Of a stretch of 64,000 nt of DNA, positions 41,006 through 51,975 are shown one piece after another (the stretch's first letter is position 1; the number at the start of each line of letters is the position of its first letter). Position numbers and translations under genes: made by a program. Source of the stretch: Candidatus Oxydemutatoraceae bacterium (GTDB taxonomy: Bacteria > Pseudomonadota > Gammaproteobacteria > Poriferisulfidales > Oxydemutatoraceae). The notes below the pieces were generated by a model that ran no database searches, was not told the origin of the DNA, and worked only from the letters and a program-made list of their open reading frames with translations. Location: positions 224,001-288,000 of the forward strand of contig OZ244717.1 of assembly GCA_965218975.1 (NCBI GenBank), read 5' to 3'.

Positions 41006-42394
41006 ATGGAGCAATCGCTGAACGATTTATTCAATCTGCTTGAGCGCGCTTTGATCGAAACCAACGAAATCGCTTGGGGACCGGTGATGCCGATCACGTT
41101 GCTTGCTGTCGGCACATACTTAACATTCGGCTTGCAGTTTATGCCCTGGCGCTATATCGGTGTTGGTTTCAAACAAGCTTTCTTGGGACACAAAGCGACC
41201 ACCGAGAAAGGACAGATTACGCCGCTGCGTTCACTAGCTACGGCGTTATCGGCAACTATCGGCAGCGGCAATATTGCCGGAGTGACGGTTGCCATATTAA
41301 TCGGAGGCCCCGGCGCTATTTTTTGGATGTGGGTGACCGCACTGCTTGGCATGGCAACCAAATATGCCGAAGCAGTCCTTGCAGTACATTACCGCGAAAT
41401 CGATACCCAAAATAATTATATCGGGGGCCCAATGTATTACATTAAAAACGGACTCTCTGAAAAGTGGCATATTCTTGCTTTTCTGTTCGCTTTATTCGGA
41501 ACGGTCGCGGGATTTGGTATTGGAAACATGACGCAGAGCAACTCGGTAACCGACTCGGTGCAATTTATCTTGCAACCCGCCGTGCAAATACCTGACTGGA
41601 GTATCGGCGTATTCATGGCCGCTATTGTCGGCTTTGTTATCATCGGCGGCATCAAACGTATCGCTAGATTTGCGGCAAAGCTGGTTCCCTTGATGGCATT
41701 GATTTATCTTTCTATCGGAATTATCTATATTCTGATGAATCTTGCCGAAGTGCCGTCTGCGTTTACGTTAATTATTGACAGCGCATTTAACGGCATCGCC
41801 GCAACCGGAGGATTTGCCGGTGCGACGGTTTGGGCGGCAATCCGCTTCGGTGTCGCACGCGGCATTTTTTCAAATGAAGCGGGATTGGGTTCGGCACCCA
41901 TCGCCCATGCCGCAGCAAAAACGGATAGCCCGGTGCGGCAAGGCAGCATTGCCATGCTCGGCACTTTTATTGACACCATCATTATCTGCACAATCACCGC
42001 GCTGGTTATTCTGTTAAGCGGCGCATGGACGATGGGCAATGTCCTTGAAGGTGTCGCCATTGCCAATAAGGCATTTGAAACTATTTTCACCGGAGGGAGC
42101 TATGTTGTAACCGTTTCGTTGATTTTGTTTTCTTTTACCACAATTCTCGGTTGGAGCTATTATAGCGAACGCTGTTTTTGTTATTTGTTTAATGTGAAAT
42201 ATGTCGTCATATTTCGCGTCTTTTGGGTATTAGCAGTTGTTGTGGGGGCATCAATCCAGCTGAACTTCGTATGGCTGCTATCAGATACGATGAATGCACT
42301 GATGGCATTACCAAATCTGGTTGCATTACTGTTATTAAGTCCGATAGTCTTTAAGCTGACACGGCGCGACCTCCCTCTCCTGCGCACAAGCTGA
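41006..42394 (+). CDS. Sodium:alanine/glycine symporter (AGCS family)
   Basis: GSGNIAGV, GGPGAIFWMW, GGPMYYI, FSNEAGLGSA. Confidence 0.93.
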   Translation: MEQSLNDLFNLLERALIETNEIAWGPVMPITLLAVGTYLTFGLQFMPWRYIGVGFKQAFLGHKATTEKGQITPLRSLATALSATIGSGNIAGVTVAILIGGPGAIFWMWVTALLGMATKYAEAVLAVHYREIDTQNNYIGGPMYYIKNGLSEKWHILAFLFALFGTVAGFGIGNMTQSNSVTDSVQFILQPAVQIPDWSIGVFMAAIVGFVIIGGIKRIARFAAKLVPLMALIYLSIGIIYILMNLAEVPSAFTLIIDSAFNGIAATGGFAGATVWAAIRFGVARGIFSNEAGLGSAPIAHAAAKTDSPVRQGSIAMLGTFIDTIIICTITALVILLSGAWTMGNVLEGVAIANKAFETIFTGGSYVVTVSLILFSFTTILGWSYYSERCFCYLFNVKYVVIFRVFWVLAVVVGASIQLNFVWLLSDTMNALMALPNLVALLLLSPIVFKLTRRDLPLLRTS

Positions 42395-43260
42395 TGCAAC
42401 TTGAATGTGGCGCGCCCTCTGCCGCACTTCTCACATCCGTCATCAGACAAGTACGCCAAGCTCTGGAAGAAGACGGATACGATCATGATCTTTCAACGCT
42501 GGCTTTATCGGATCAAACTGCTCATGCTTCGGTCATTGTCTACGACCAAGGAATATTGTGCGGGACTATATGGTTTGATGAAGTCTTTGCCGAAATTGAC
42601 GATACTGTCGTCGTCGATTGGTTCGCAGTTGACGGAGATACTATCGTCGCAAAACAAAAACTGTGTACCCTAACCGGCCGGGCACAAAGCTTATTATGCG
42701 GAGAACGTTGTGCATTAAATTTTTTGCAGAGCCTATCGGCAACCGCCACTGCTGCCGCAGCGTTTGTCAACCAAGTTAAAAAAGCAGCGCTAACGCCCAA
42801 ACAAGTCGCCGTAACCGACACTCGAAAAACCCTGCCCGGATTGAGGTTGGCACAAAAATATGCGGTGGTGTGCGGAGGCGCAACAAACCATCGTCAAGGA
42901 CTATCAGACGCCATTTTATTAAAAGAAAATCATCTACGTGCTTATGGTTCGTTAATGGTCGCGGTACGAGCAATTCGTCGGCAATACCCCAATCTTTCGA
43001 TTGAAGTAGAAGCGGAGAATTTAGACGAAGTCCGAGCAGCACTGGCAGCAAAAGTCGAGATAATTATGTTAGACAACTTCTCTTTGACAGAAATTCATGA
43101 TGCGGTTGCGCTAATTAGCGGAAGAGCGGAAATTGAAGCTTCAGGTAACATCACGCTAGATAATATTGCCGCGATTGCACAAACCGGAGTCGACCGTATA
43201 TCGGTCGGTGCAATTACCAAGCATATTCATGCGTTAGATATGTCAATGCGCCTTGATTGA
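42394..43260 (+). CDS. nadC: Quinolinate phosphoribosyltransferase
   Basis: TDTRKTLPG, NHRQGLSDAILLKENH, EVE, MLDN, EASGNI. Confidence 0.94.
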   Translation: MQLECGAPSAALLTSVIRQVRQALEEDGYDHDLSTLALSDQTAHASVIVYDQGILCGTIWFDEVFAEIDDTVVVDWFAVDGDTIVAKQKLCTLTGRAQSLLCGERCALNFLQSLSATATAAAAFVNQVKKAALTPKQVAVTDTRKTLPGLRLAQKYAVVCGGATNHRQGLSDAILLKENHLRAYGSLMVAVRAIRRQYPNLSIEVEAENLDEVRAALAAKVEIIMLDNFSLTEIHDAVALISGRAEIEASGNITLDNIAAIAQTGVDRISVGAITKHIHALDMSMRLD

Positions 43261-43335
43261 CAGGCTGCGAACGGCGTCTGCATAAAACTTATACCATTCA
43301 TCATATACTTGAAGTAAGCGAAATCGAAAAAATCT

Positions 43336-44997
43336 CTATTTATATAATGGTTCCAACGGAGAAGAATAGGAAGTCTCCTTGGGCAATTTCGTTCCCGTCG
43401 CTTCCGCCGGTTCATACAACACCGCTTGCCACAAAGAATCGGGGTCCAACCGACCATGCCCGTAAGCCGCTTGATCAAATGCCTGAATGCGCTTTTTAAG
43501 ACCCGGAGTGCATCGCTGCATAATATCATCTAAGCTCCGCGGCGGGTAATCCCGCCACATAACACGCGCCCACTTGAGCAAAGCATCACGTACGGCGCAA
43601 GTGTCTCGCGCCATGCAAGCGGCCTCAACATCCTTGCGAACTTTCTTCAATTCGACGGCATGTGACTGTCCCGCGCTACGCCGCTGTATATACTCAAGAA
43701 ACCGCTCACGAGTAATCCAGATTAATGTTACAAGCCAGCCAAAACCCAATATACCGCTTATCCAAATCCAAATATAGTCGATAGCATCCACTTTAACGCT
43801 ATCCTGATTCATCTCTTGCGGAAATACCGAAGGTGGTGTCTCCATCGTCAATTGGCCCACAGCCGCAGGTTGAATTTGCACATTTTGCTCGGCTAATATC
43901 GCGTATTCCAGCTGATCCGTGCGTGTATTCCACCAAGGAATTTTGATTTCAGGGAACACATGTTCTCCGCTTTGTGTCGGAATAAGAACAAACTTTTGAG
44001 CCCTTTCGCCACGTAAACCGGAGCCATCAGGGATGGTCTGTAACACGGGCTTGGCATCGGTGTAAACGTTAAAGCCCTCCGGTTGCGGTATTTCCACCGC
44101 CGGTAGCTGGCTCGCCAACAGACTTTTACCGATTAGCTTAATTGTCCATGTCAACGGATCACCTTGCACCCATTGCGACAAATCGTCCGACCATTTCTGC
44201 TGCAACCGTACTCCGTTCGCCGGTAGCCAAAAGCTGCCGGTAAAATCCAACGGAACCGGACGCACGTTCAACTGTAGCGTTTTCGATCGCTTAGTTACTG
44301 AAAATCTTCTGCCCTTCTCAGTGTATTGCCCGGTCAGCACTATCGGATTAATTCTAACCGCTCCGCTCGCTTGCGGATATAGCATGTAGATGCGTTCATG
44401 GACCCGATAATTTCTACCCTTCCGATTGATCCGATAATTCTTCTCAGGCAAAGGTTCCGATGTAACATTCCCTTTGAACGAAGGCTGGGTTAAATTTCCT
44501 CTTAAATTCTTTGTCATAAATACCTTAAAAACAAACCGCACTTGCTGTTGCACATAAGGGTTGCGCGGACCAGCGGATACCTCGATGTAAATATCCTCCT
44601 TGCCTCGCTTTTTTGCCGAAGAGATTGATCGGACACGTATTTTCCGCGGTTTGCTCGCCTGTCGACCGAACAATAGTGACGGTAACATTAAATGACCGCT
44701 ACGCCTCGGCATCAATTCAAGATTCCAAGCCGTGACCGATTGCTGCTGCCCGTTGATACTTTGAAAAGAGTACGATTTGCTTTTTTTTAATATTTTAAAA
44801 TCCTGCCGCAAAGGCGTCCAATCCGGCTCAGCGGCATTTGTTGCGCTAAAAACCTTAAAAGTAACAAGAAATCTTTCATTTTCCGCAATATTATTTTTTT
44901 TTAACTCAACATGAACCTCCGGTACGGCAACTATGGGAGTCGCCGCAAGCGCCATCGCGAGCAACAACAAACACTGAAATAGAAATCGTTTTACCAT
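43336..44997 (-). CDS. BatD-family protein
   Basis: Signal peptide, SINGQ, PYVQQQV, WLPA, IPWWNT, C-terminal TM, LEPLY; last gene of the MoxR operon. Confidence 0.85.
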   Translation of the reverse strand: MVKRFLFQCLLLLAMALAATPIVAVPEVHVELKKNNIAENERFLVTFKVFSATNAAEPDWTPLRQDFKILKKSKSYSFQSINGQQQSVTAWNLELMPRRSGHLMLPSLLFGRQASKPRKIRVRSISSAKKRGKEDIYIEVSAGPRNPYVQQQVRFVFKVFMTKNLRGNLTQPSFKGNVTSEPLPEKNYRINRKGRNYRVHERIYMLYPQASGAVRINPIVLTGQYTEKGRRFSVTKRSKTLQLNVRPVPLDFTGSFWLPANGVRLQQKWSDDLSQWVQGDPLTWTIKLIGKSLLASQLPAVEIPQPEGFNVYTDAKPVLQTIPDGSGLRGERAQKFVLIPTQSGEHVFPEIKIPWWNTRTDQLEYAILAEQNVQIQPAAVGQLTMETPPSVFPQEMNQDSVKVDAIDYIWIWISGILGFGWLVTLIWITRERFLEYIQRRSAGQSHAVELKKVRKDVEAACMARDTCAVRDALLKWARVMWRDYPPRSLDDIMQRCTPGLKKRIQAFDQAAYGHGRLDPDSLWQAVLYEPAEATGTKLPKETSYSSPLEPLYK

Positions 44998-46691
44998 GGC
45001 ATATCGCTATTGTTTTTCCGCTTGCCGCTTTTACGTTGCAATTGACGAAACTTACGCTTTAGCAAGGCATGCGGGTCATCTTGTACTCGTTGCAATGCCT
45101 GCTCAAGCGCTTGCGTCTGCTCATCCATTGTTTCTTCTGCGGAAGGAGGCGACATATCAGACTCTGGGTCCGACTCGTCCGATGTCGCATTACTACTCTC
45201 CTTATTGTTATCCTTTTCGTCATTGCTATTCTCGTCATCGCTTTGATCCTGCGGAATCGACTTCCCATTCTCCGGCTGTTCGCTTGTCTGACTTTGCTCA
45301 CCTTGCTCCTGCCTCTGCATATTTTGCTCTTGCAAAATCTGTTTTATTATCTGCTGATTATGAATAGCATCTTCCATTTTAGAGTTTAGTTCCAGCGCTT
45401 TGTTATACGCTTTGAGTGCGGCTTGAAAATCTCCGGCATTAGCAAGCGCATTCCCTTTATTGTAGAAATCATCCACTTCTTGTAACGATTCTAATGTTTG
45501 CGCCGCAGCGGCATAATCACGATTACGATATTGCGCGACAGACTTCCACCGAGGGTCCTCAAACTCTTGCACGGCAGCACTTGCATCGTCTTCATTCAGC
45601 GATTGTAATCCGCGTTGATCGGGTTTTAACCATAGATCTCTCCATTCAAATGCTTCGCTAGGAAACGGGAACAATAAAATCAACATCGCAATGACCAACA
45701 CTCCTCGACGAAAACTCAGCAATGCAATCGGCAATAATAATAAAACTAACCAAGGCCCTTGTTCGCGCCAAACATCGGTCAGACGATTAGTTTCGCTTAC
45801 ATCGGTATGGGTCGGCAAGATTAATTCCGACCATGCGAGCAATGTGTCAATGTCATCGTTTTGCAGACCGCTCAACCTACGATAAATACCCCGGCCTGCT
45901 GCCGCAAGACGTTGCAGTTCCTCTTCCTTTAATCGAGAAACAACTGTTTTACCTTGATCTTTTAGGATGTCGCCGGACGGTAAAAATATAGGCGACCCTT
46001 GCAATGTCCCTACACCTAGTACCGTAACTTGAAAGTTCTCGCGCGCTAAACGTTGCGCCTCGGCGATCGCCGATTCGTCGGCAAAGTCGGTCACTAATAA
46101 AATCCGCCCATGCGTCAAACCCGTTCGTTTAATCAATTTACTTGCTTCCTGCAAAGCAATATCCGGGCGGCTTCCTTGGCTCGGCATCAAGCTCGTATCC
46201 ACCGCTTGCAAAAATGTTTTGACTGACGAAATGTCATGCGTGAGCGGCACAACTGGAAATGCTCGATTACTATATACAAGCAACGCCACTTGGCCGCCCT
46301 GTCGTCGGGTTAAAAAGTCATCGATCTTAAACCGAGCACGCACAATCCGCGACGGTTCAACATCAACCGCGGACATTGACCGAGACAAATCCAGCGCAAT
46401 GACCAAACCGGTTTCATCGCGCAGAACCGGCTGTGGCAAACGCTCCCATGCAGGTCCTGCCAGCGCAATGATGGTAACGACTCCGGCAATTCCGATACAA
46501 TACAAGAAACCTCTATTCTCAGCCAACGATCCCTGTAATAAGACAAACGGCAACAAATGCACGTCACAGGCTTTACGCCAAGCATCCGCTGTCAAACGTT
46601 TATTTATCAGGTACCACATCAGCAAACCAAATGGTATCAGTGCAAAAAACCACAGCGGACGGACAAAGTTTAACTGAGACAAAATATTCAT
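44991..46691 (-). CDS. VWA + TPR membrane protein (BatB/BatC-like)
   Basis: MIDAS DLSRSM, VPLTHD, TPR YNKGNALA, acidic linker. Confidence 0.87.
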   Translation of the reverse strand: MNILSQLNFVRPLWFFALIPFGLLMWYLINKRLTADAWRKACDVHLLPFVLLQGSLAENRGFLYCIGIAGVVTIIALAGPAWERLPQPVLRDETGLVIALDLSRSMSAVDVEPSRIVRARFKIDDFLTRRQGGQVALLVYSNRAFPVVPLTHDISSVKTFLQAVDTSLMPSQGSRPDIALQEASKLIKRTGLTHGRILLVTDFADESAIAEAQRLARENFQVTVLGVGTLQGSPIFLPSGDILKDQGKTVVSRLKEEELQRLAAAGRGIYRRLSGLQNDDIDTLLAWSELILPTHTDVSETNRLTDVWREQGPWLVLLLLPIALLSFRRGVLVIAMLILLFPFPSEAFEWRDLWLKPDQRGLQSLNEDDASAAVQEFEDPRWKSVAQYRNRDYAAAAQTLESLQEVDDFYNKGNALANAGDFQAALKAYNKALELNSKMEDAIHNQQIIKQILQEQNMQRQEQGEQSQTSEQPENGKSIPQDQSDDENSNDEKDNNKESSNATSDESDPESDMSPPSAEETMDEQTQALEQALQRVQDDPHALLKRKFRQLQRKSGKRKNNSDMPW

Positions 46692-47665
46692 TGTCGCCCC
46701 CGGCCTATTACTCGAATCAATAAAATCATCACCGCAATCAATGCCGACGCAAATAAGGGATAGTAGTACAGCGCCATTTGCGTTCGGAAAAACTCGGCAT
46801 CGCGCTCAATCGGCTCCAATTGATCCAAAAGAGCGTATATTTTCCTTAATTCGGTTGTGTTCCTTGCTCGAAAATAACGTCCGCCGGTTTTATTTGCAAT
46901 CATTTTAAGCGTTTTCTCATCCAAGGCATTATTCTGACGAACAAAAAAGCCTCTCTGCATTACATCAGAACCTACTCCAATCGTATAAATTTTCAAACCT
47001 TCTTCAGCAGCAAACTCTGCCGCTTCTTGCGGCGATATCCCGGCATTGCTTGCACCGTCCGTAAGCAAAATCAATACTCGGTTCGTTCTATCATGCTTTT
47101 GCAACTGCTTTAAGCTCAAGAGAACCGCATCGCCGATAGCAGTCTTTGTTTCTTCAGCAAGCCCGATAAAAGTTTCTTCCAGCATTTCCTGTACCGCATG
47201 TAAATCAAAACTAAGCGGCATCATTGAGTAAGGATGAAGAGCAAATACCGTTAAACCGATACGATCGCCTTGACGTTGCTCGATAAACTCTTTTGCGACC
47301 TCTTTAGCTGCTTCCAATCGTGTAACACGCCTACCGTTTAGTATAAAATCATCCTCTTCCATGCTACCGGATAAATCCAATGCCAGCATTAAATCGCGCC
47401 CGCTTATCGGCACTTGTCTTATTTCTCCGGTCCACTGCGGCCTTGCCGCCGCGGTAATCAGCAAAGCCCAACTTAGCAGCGCTAAAATCAGTAAAAGTTT
47501 TTTTGAAAAAATTCCGGCATGAGAGCGATGGGGGAGTTGGAAATCTCCGAGAAAAGGCAGACGCAACGCCGCCTGTTTCATCGGTTCGATCGGTTTGACG
47601 AATCGTCGCACTAAAAATGGCAACGGCAATAGCAAAAAAACCCAAATCCATTCAAATTCAAGCAT
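46688..47665 (-). CDS. VWA protein (BatA-like)
   Basis: DLSGSM, GDRIGL, TAIGDA, LLTDG, TGGRYFRA. Confidence 0.9.
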   Translation of the reverse strand: MLEFEWIWVFLLLPLPFLVRRFVKPIEPMKQAALRLPFLGDFQLPHRSHAGIFSKKLLLILALLSWALLITAAARPQWTGEIRQVPISGRDLMLALDLSGSMEEDDFILNGRRVTRLEAAKEVAKEFIEQRQGDRIGLTVFALHPYSMMPLSFDLHAVQEMLEETFIGLAEETKTAIGDAVLLSLKQLQKHDRTNRVLILLTDGASNAGISPQEAAEFAAEEGLKIYTIGVGSDVMQRGFFVRQNNALDEKTLKMIANKTGGRYFRARNTTELRKIYALLDQLEPIERDAEFFRTQMALYYYPLFASALIAVMILLIRVIGRGRQ

Positions 47666-47667
47666 TA

Positions 47668-48174
47668 CTATCTTTTATCTTTTTCAAAAACGATCTTCAA
47701 CCATTCTTCGCAAATTTGCAGAACGGCGTCCGCCTCGAATGCTGCATTTACTTGATAGTGCGCAGAAGCAAATACGCGACCTTTATCCGACATAAACAAT
47801 ACTTTACCCGCATGTTGATCCAGCCAATTCAACCATACATCACCGGTTAACTTTGCGACCTCCTCTCGTGTGCTAAGCGTCATTGCTGCTTGACGAATTA
47901 ATGCTGATAATCCTGCCAGTAAACGAATCGTATCGGCATTATCGGCATAATTCGAACGCAAATGATCAAGCTGAATCCGTACTTGCTGGTAAGGAGCAAT
48001 CGCAGGTCGGCGGCGCTTACGCCGACGTACGTATTGCCACAAAACGACTATCCCGAACAGCAACCCGATAAGCACCCACCAACCGGCTGCGGGCGGCCAC
48101 CACGAAGGTTCCGGCGGCAAATGAAGATCGCGTAGCTGCTCCAACAAGTCGTGCGGGCCCGATACCATCAACAT
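47668..48174 (-). CDS. DUF4381-family protein
   Basis: LRDLHLPPEPSWWPPAAGWW, LTGDVWLNWLD. Confidence 0.85.
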   Translation of the reverse strand: MLMVSGPHDLLEQLRDLHLPPEPSWWPPAAGWWVLIGLLFGIVVLWQYVRRRKRRRPAIAPYQQVRIQLDHLRSNYADNADTIRLLAGLSALIRQAAMTLSTREEVAKLTGDVWLNWLDQHAGKVLFMSDKGRVFASAHYQVNAAFEADAVLQICEEWLKIVFEKDKR

Positions 48175-49100
48175 GCACCAAAATTTCTACGTAAAATTTC
48201 AAATGGCTCTTCGGTAGTCCGGCATTGAATAAAACCGATTCGCAATTTCCGCGCAAAAGACTTTAGATGCATTGCTCTTTTCCTAAATTGAGCGGTATAT
48301 TTACGCACAAAGTCGACATCGGTAGTGTTAATACAGATGCTATGTTCACCGTCGCTGATACTATACTCACCGGGCGGCGGGACTGTTTCTTCCAACGGAT
48401 CATATACTTGAATAAAAACAACTTCACTATGAGCGCTTAATCCACGAATCTGATTTTCAATTGTTTTTATCTCACGAAAATCGCTGATCAAAAAAATCAA
48501 ACTGCCGGGACGCACAATATGTGCCAAACGCATCAATGCTTCGCTTCCGTCATTGCTGCGATCGGGATACGCTTTTGTCAACCCACTGTTTGTAAAATCA
48601 GCAAGTTGATGAATCAGCCGTAAAATTCCTTGTTTACCGCGCTGGGGTTTTATTTCGGTGTGTGTATCGTCACTGAATAAAATCCCACCGACACGATCTC
48701 CCTCATGCACCGCGCTCCATGCAAGCAATGCAGCGATATTTGCCGCTTCAACCGATTTGAAACACCGCCGCGTAGCGAAAAACATCGGAGCACGATAGTC
48801 TACACAAAAATATACCGGTCGTTCGCGCTCTTCACAGAACAGTTTTGTGTATGCTTCTCCGGTACGTGCCATAACCCGCCAATCGAGATGACGAACATCA
48901 TCGCCAGGATAATACAAACGTGACTCGTCATATTCCATCCCCCGCCCCTTGAAGACCGAACGGTAGGCATCGGTTTTGCCGGCACGAATCCGATTGCGCC
49001 GCAAAGACAAGTTTCTTGCCGGATGCGCCAATGCGATTAGATTCTCTTGGCGAACTTGCACCGCGTCATTTGCAATTGGCTCCGGAAAAGTTTGACTCAT
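48168..49100 (-). CDS. DUF58-family protein
   Basis: GRGMEYDESRLYYPGDDVRHLDWRV, EERERP, ISDF. Confidence 0.9.
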   Translation of the reverse strand: MSQTFPEPIANDAVQVRQENLIALAHPARNLSLRRNRIRAGKTDAYRSVFKGRGMEYDESRLYYPGDDVRHLDWRVMARTGEAYTKLFCEERERPVYFCVDYRAPMFFATRRCFKSVEAANIAALLAWSAVHEGDRVGGILFSDDTHTEIKPQRGKQGILRLIHQLADFTNSGLTKAYPDRSNDGSEALMRLAHIVRPGSLIFLISDFREIKTIENQIRGLSAHSEVVFIQVYDPLEETVPPPGEYSISDGEHSICINTTDVDFVRKYTAQFRKRAMHLKSFARKLRIGFIQCRTTEEPFEILRRNFGAC

Positions 49101-49105
49101 CTCAC

Positions 49106-50068
49106 CTAAGGGACAGCGACACGCGCAACCAATTCATCAATCACTTTATCGGGAGTGACTCCTTCCGCTTCCGCCGCATAATCAAGGATCAGGCGATGGC
49201 GTAAAACATCGGTGCACACCGCTTGCACATCGTCAGGCGATACATAATCGTTGCCGTTTAACCAAGCATGCGCCCGAGCGCATCGATCAAGCGCGAGCGT
49301 CGCGCGAGGGCTGCCACCATACAATAGCCATTGCTTGAAGTCGTCACCATAAGCGCTGGGGTTGCGGGTCGCTAGCACCAGCTGTAACAAGTATTGCTCG
49401 ACTTCCTTCACCATATGTATATTCAATATTTCCTGCCGTGCAATAAAAATCTGCTCTTGTAAAGCAACCGTTTCAATTTCCGCCGTCTCCGTTGATTTCT
49501 CCCGCTCCTCACTACGTACCAAATGCAAAATACGTTCTTCATCCGCCGCCGCCGGATAACCAATGCGAACATACATCAGAAACCGATCCAACTGTGCTTC
49601 GGGCAAAGGATAAGTCCCTTCTTGCTCAATCGGATTCTGTGTTGCCATCACTAAGAAAAGTGGGGGCAAGGAATAAGTAGTGCCGCCGACAGTAATTTGT
49701 CTTTCAGCCATTGCTTCAAGCAAAGCGGATTGCACTTTTGCCGGCGCACGATTAATCTCATCGGCTAAAACCAAGTTATGAAACAAAGGACCGCGGCGAA
49801 AAGCGAATGAACCTTCTTGCGGTCTATAAACTTCGGTGCCGGTTAAATCTGCGGGCAATAAGTCCGGAGTAAATTGGATCCTCTGAAAACTGCCCTCGAT
49901 TACATCGCCTAATGTCTTTATGGCGCGTGTTTTGGCAAGACCCGGGGCGCCTTCCACAAGTAAATGCCCGTCGGCAAGCAGTGCAATAATCAAGCGATCG
50001 ATCAGTAGCTCCTGACCAATAATATGCGCGCGCATATACTCCCTTAAACGGCGGATCGCATTTTCCAT
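49106..50068 (-). CDS. MoxR-family AAA+ ATPase
   Basis: GAPGLAKT, RIQFTPDLLPAD, DEINRA, ATQNPIEQEGTYPLPEAQLDRF. Confidence 0.95.
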   Translation of the reverse strand: MENAIRRLREYMRAHIIGQELLIDRLIIALLADGHLLVEGAPGLAKTRAIKTLGDVIEGSFQRIQFTPDLLPADLTGTEVYRPQEGSFAFRRGPLFHNLVLADEINRAPAKVQSALLEAMAERQITVGGTTYSLPPLFLVMATQNPIEQEGTYPLPEAQLDRFLMYVRIGYPAAADEERILHLVRSEEREKSTETAEIETVALQEQIFIARQEILNIHMVKEVEQYLLQLVLATRNPSAYGDDFKQWLLYGGSPRATLALDRCARAHAWLNGNDYVSPDDVQAVCTDVLRHRLILDYAAEAEGVTPDKVIDELVARVAVP

Positions 50069-50151
50069 TTATCTTATTTGCCACACAAAAAATGACTTGA
50101 GAGATAACTCCCCATCCGTTCACTTTACCTTTTTGCTAAGGTTATTTTAGG

Positions 50152-51177
50152 TTATTCCGCTGTTGCAGTGTAGGCGCCGTCCGATGCTGCACCGTTCATC
50201 TTTGCACGCCTCAGTACCGCTGCCTGCGCCACAGAAACATTCGCTGCGGAACCACCCCAAGTTTTCATCGCATGGTGTTGCAATGCGCGACCGTATGAAA
50301 AAGTAATCCGCCACGGCGACTGTCCGCGGTGTTGCCGCGCTAATAAATTAATCGTATTCAGATTAGCAGTGGCATCCTCATCGCTCATTCCGCCCGATAA
50401 GAATGCAATCCCCGGAACCACTGCGGGCACAACATCTAATAAACAATGTAAAGTCAGCTTCGCGATTTCCTCAGTGCTTGCCTTGTGCGGACATTCGTTT
50501 CCTGAAACGACCATGTTCGGCTTCAACACAATACCGCGCAAATCAACCTTTTGACGCCGCAATTCGTTAAATACGCAAGTTTGTGCCGCCACAGTGGCTT
50601 GATAGCATTGATCAATCGTATGAGCGCCGTCCATCAATACTTCGGGTTCAACAATCGGCACCAATCCGGCCTCCTGACATAGCGATGCATATCGCGCCAA
50701 TGCGTGAGCATTGGCGGAAATACAAGCACCCGACGGAATAATCTTGCCAATCGTAATTACCGCCCGCCATTTTGCAAAACGCGCGCCTAAGGCACGGTAT
50801 TCTTCAAGCCGTTCACGTAAACCATCCAAGCCCTCAGTGATTTTTTCATTCGGAAATCCGGCAAGTGGTTTCGCGCCTTTATCGACCTTGATGCCCGGAA
50901 TAATTCCGGCGGCGGCAAGCTGTTCGGCAAAAGGGTTTCCATCAAGCGTGGTTTGCCGAATCGTTTCATCAAACAAAATCGCAGCCGAAATATAGCTGCC
51001 CAAATCGCGAGTCGTTACCAACATACTGCGATAAGCGCATCGGTTTTCTTTGTTCATCGCAATACCTAATTTCTCAAATCGTTTTCGGCAAGTCGGATGA
51101 CTTTCATCCATTGCCAAAATACCGCGCCTAGGAGCAACCATTGCCTGCGCGGTTTTATACAAAACCTCCGTATTCAT
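50152..51177 (-). CDS. Class I fructose-bisphosphate aldolase
   Basis: GILAMDES, GIKVDKG, FAKWR, VPIVEPEV, LKPNMV, FLSGG, FSYGRALQ. Confidence 0.93.
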   Translation of the reverse strand: MNTEVLYKTAQAMVAPRRGILAMDESHPTCRKRFEKLGIAMNKENRCAYRSMLVTTRDLGSYISAAILFDETIRQTTLDGNPFAEQLAAAGIIPGIKVDKGAKPLAGFPNEKITEGLDGLRERLEEYRALGARFAKWRAVITIGKIIPSGACISANAHALARYASLCQEAGLVPIVEPEVLMDGAHTIDQCYQATVAAQTCVFNELRRQKVDLRGIVLKPNMVVSGNECPHKASTEEIAKLTLHCLLDVVPAVVPGIAFLSGGMSDEDATANLNTINLLARQHRGQSPWRITFSYGRALQHHAMKTWGGSAANVSVAQAAVLRRAKMNGAASDGAYTATAE

Positions 51178-51409
51178 TCAATTTCTCCTTGCTCAACTTA
51201 TTATTCGTCGGATTGTAATAGTATGCCGGCATCAATGCCGATGATTCCGACATTTCGGATTCAGGTAAACATATTAAAAGGAAATCCTCCGATCGTCCAG
51301 AACCACGATCAAAATCGGACAATCGTACACCTCCGGCAGCAAAAGGAAAAGCACCGTCCTCTTTTACTACGGGCAAAATACAGACCGGATAAATGCTCTC
51401 CTATAAAAC

Positions 51410-51903
51410 GAGATCAGATATGCAGTATCAACACATTGGCCACCGCATCACCTGTCTGCGTGGAACGCACAGGCAGATATGATGCCCTATTATTTTGGAA
51501 GAGTTGTAGCTCCCGAACGCATTCAAGGTCGGTCGCAGTACTTTGTACCGCTGGCGGCGGCGGACCTGGCCGCAATTGATTCAGCGTGAAATCAAACGTC
51601 TGCGCCAAGATCATTTGAATCTCGGCAGCAGTAAAATCTTTGAGCTAATGAAACCGTTTTGTGTTTGGTGGCGATGCTCGGCACAGTGTTTGTCATCCAT
51701 GACGAGACTTGGTTCTGTCAACAAGCCCCAGCCCCGACGTCCTTGTCGGGTCGTTCGCCGCTGAAAACCGATCGGTTTTCCGGGCGCGTCTCACCCTGCA
51801 CCGCCCTCATGCCGGCAACGGACAGAAAGCACCGATCCGAATGTTACTGCCGAACGCTTCCCTCAAAGCACTTCAAAAATCCCATTTAGGATGGCATCGT
51901 ACA
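51410..51903 (+). mobile_element. Deleted IS481-family relic carrying one structured repeat (51697-51798)
   Basis: MQYQHIGHR start, EIKRLRQDHLNLGSSKI, one repeat unit, right end GGATGGCATCGTACA. Confidence 0.8.
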
Positions 51904-51975
51904 TGAACACGTATAAAACAGTTGTAAAATGGTTAATGGTCTTTAATAGGACAATCCGTAGTTTAATGAAATAAC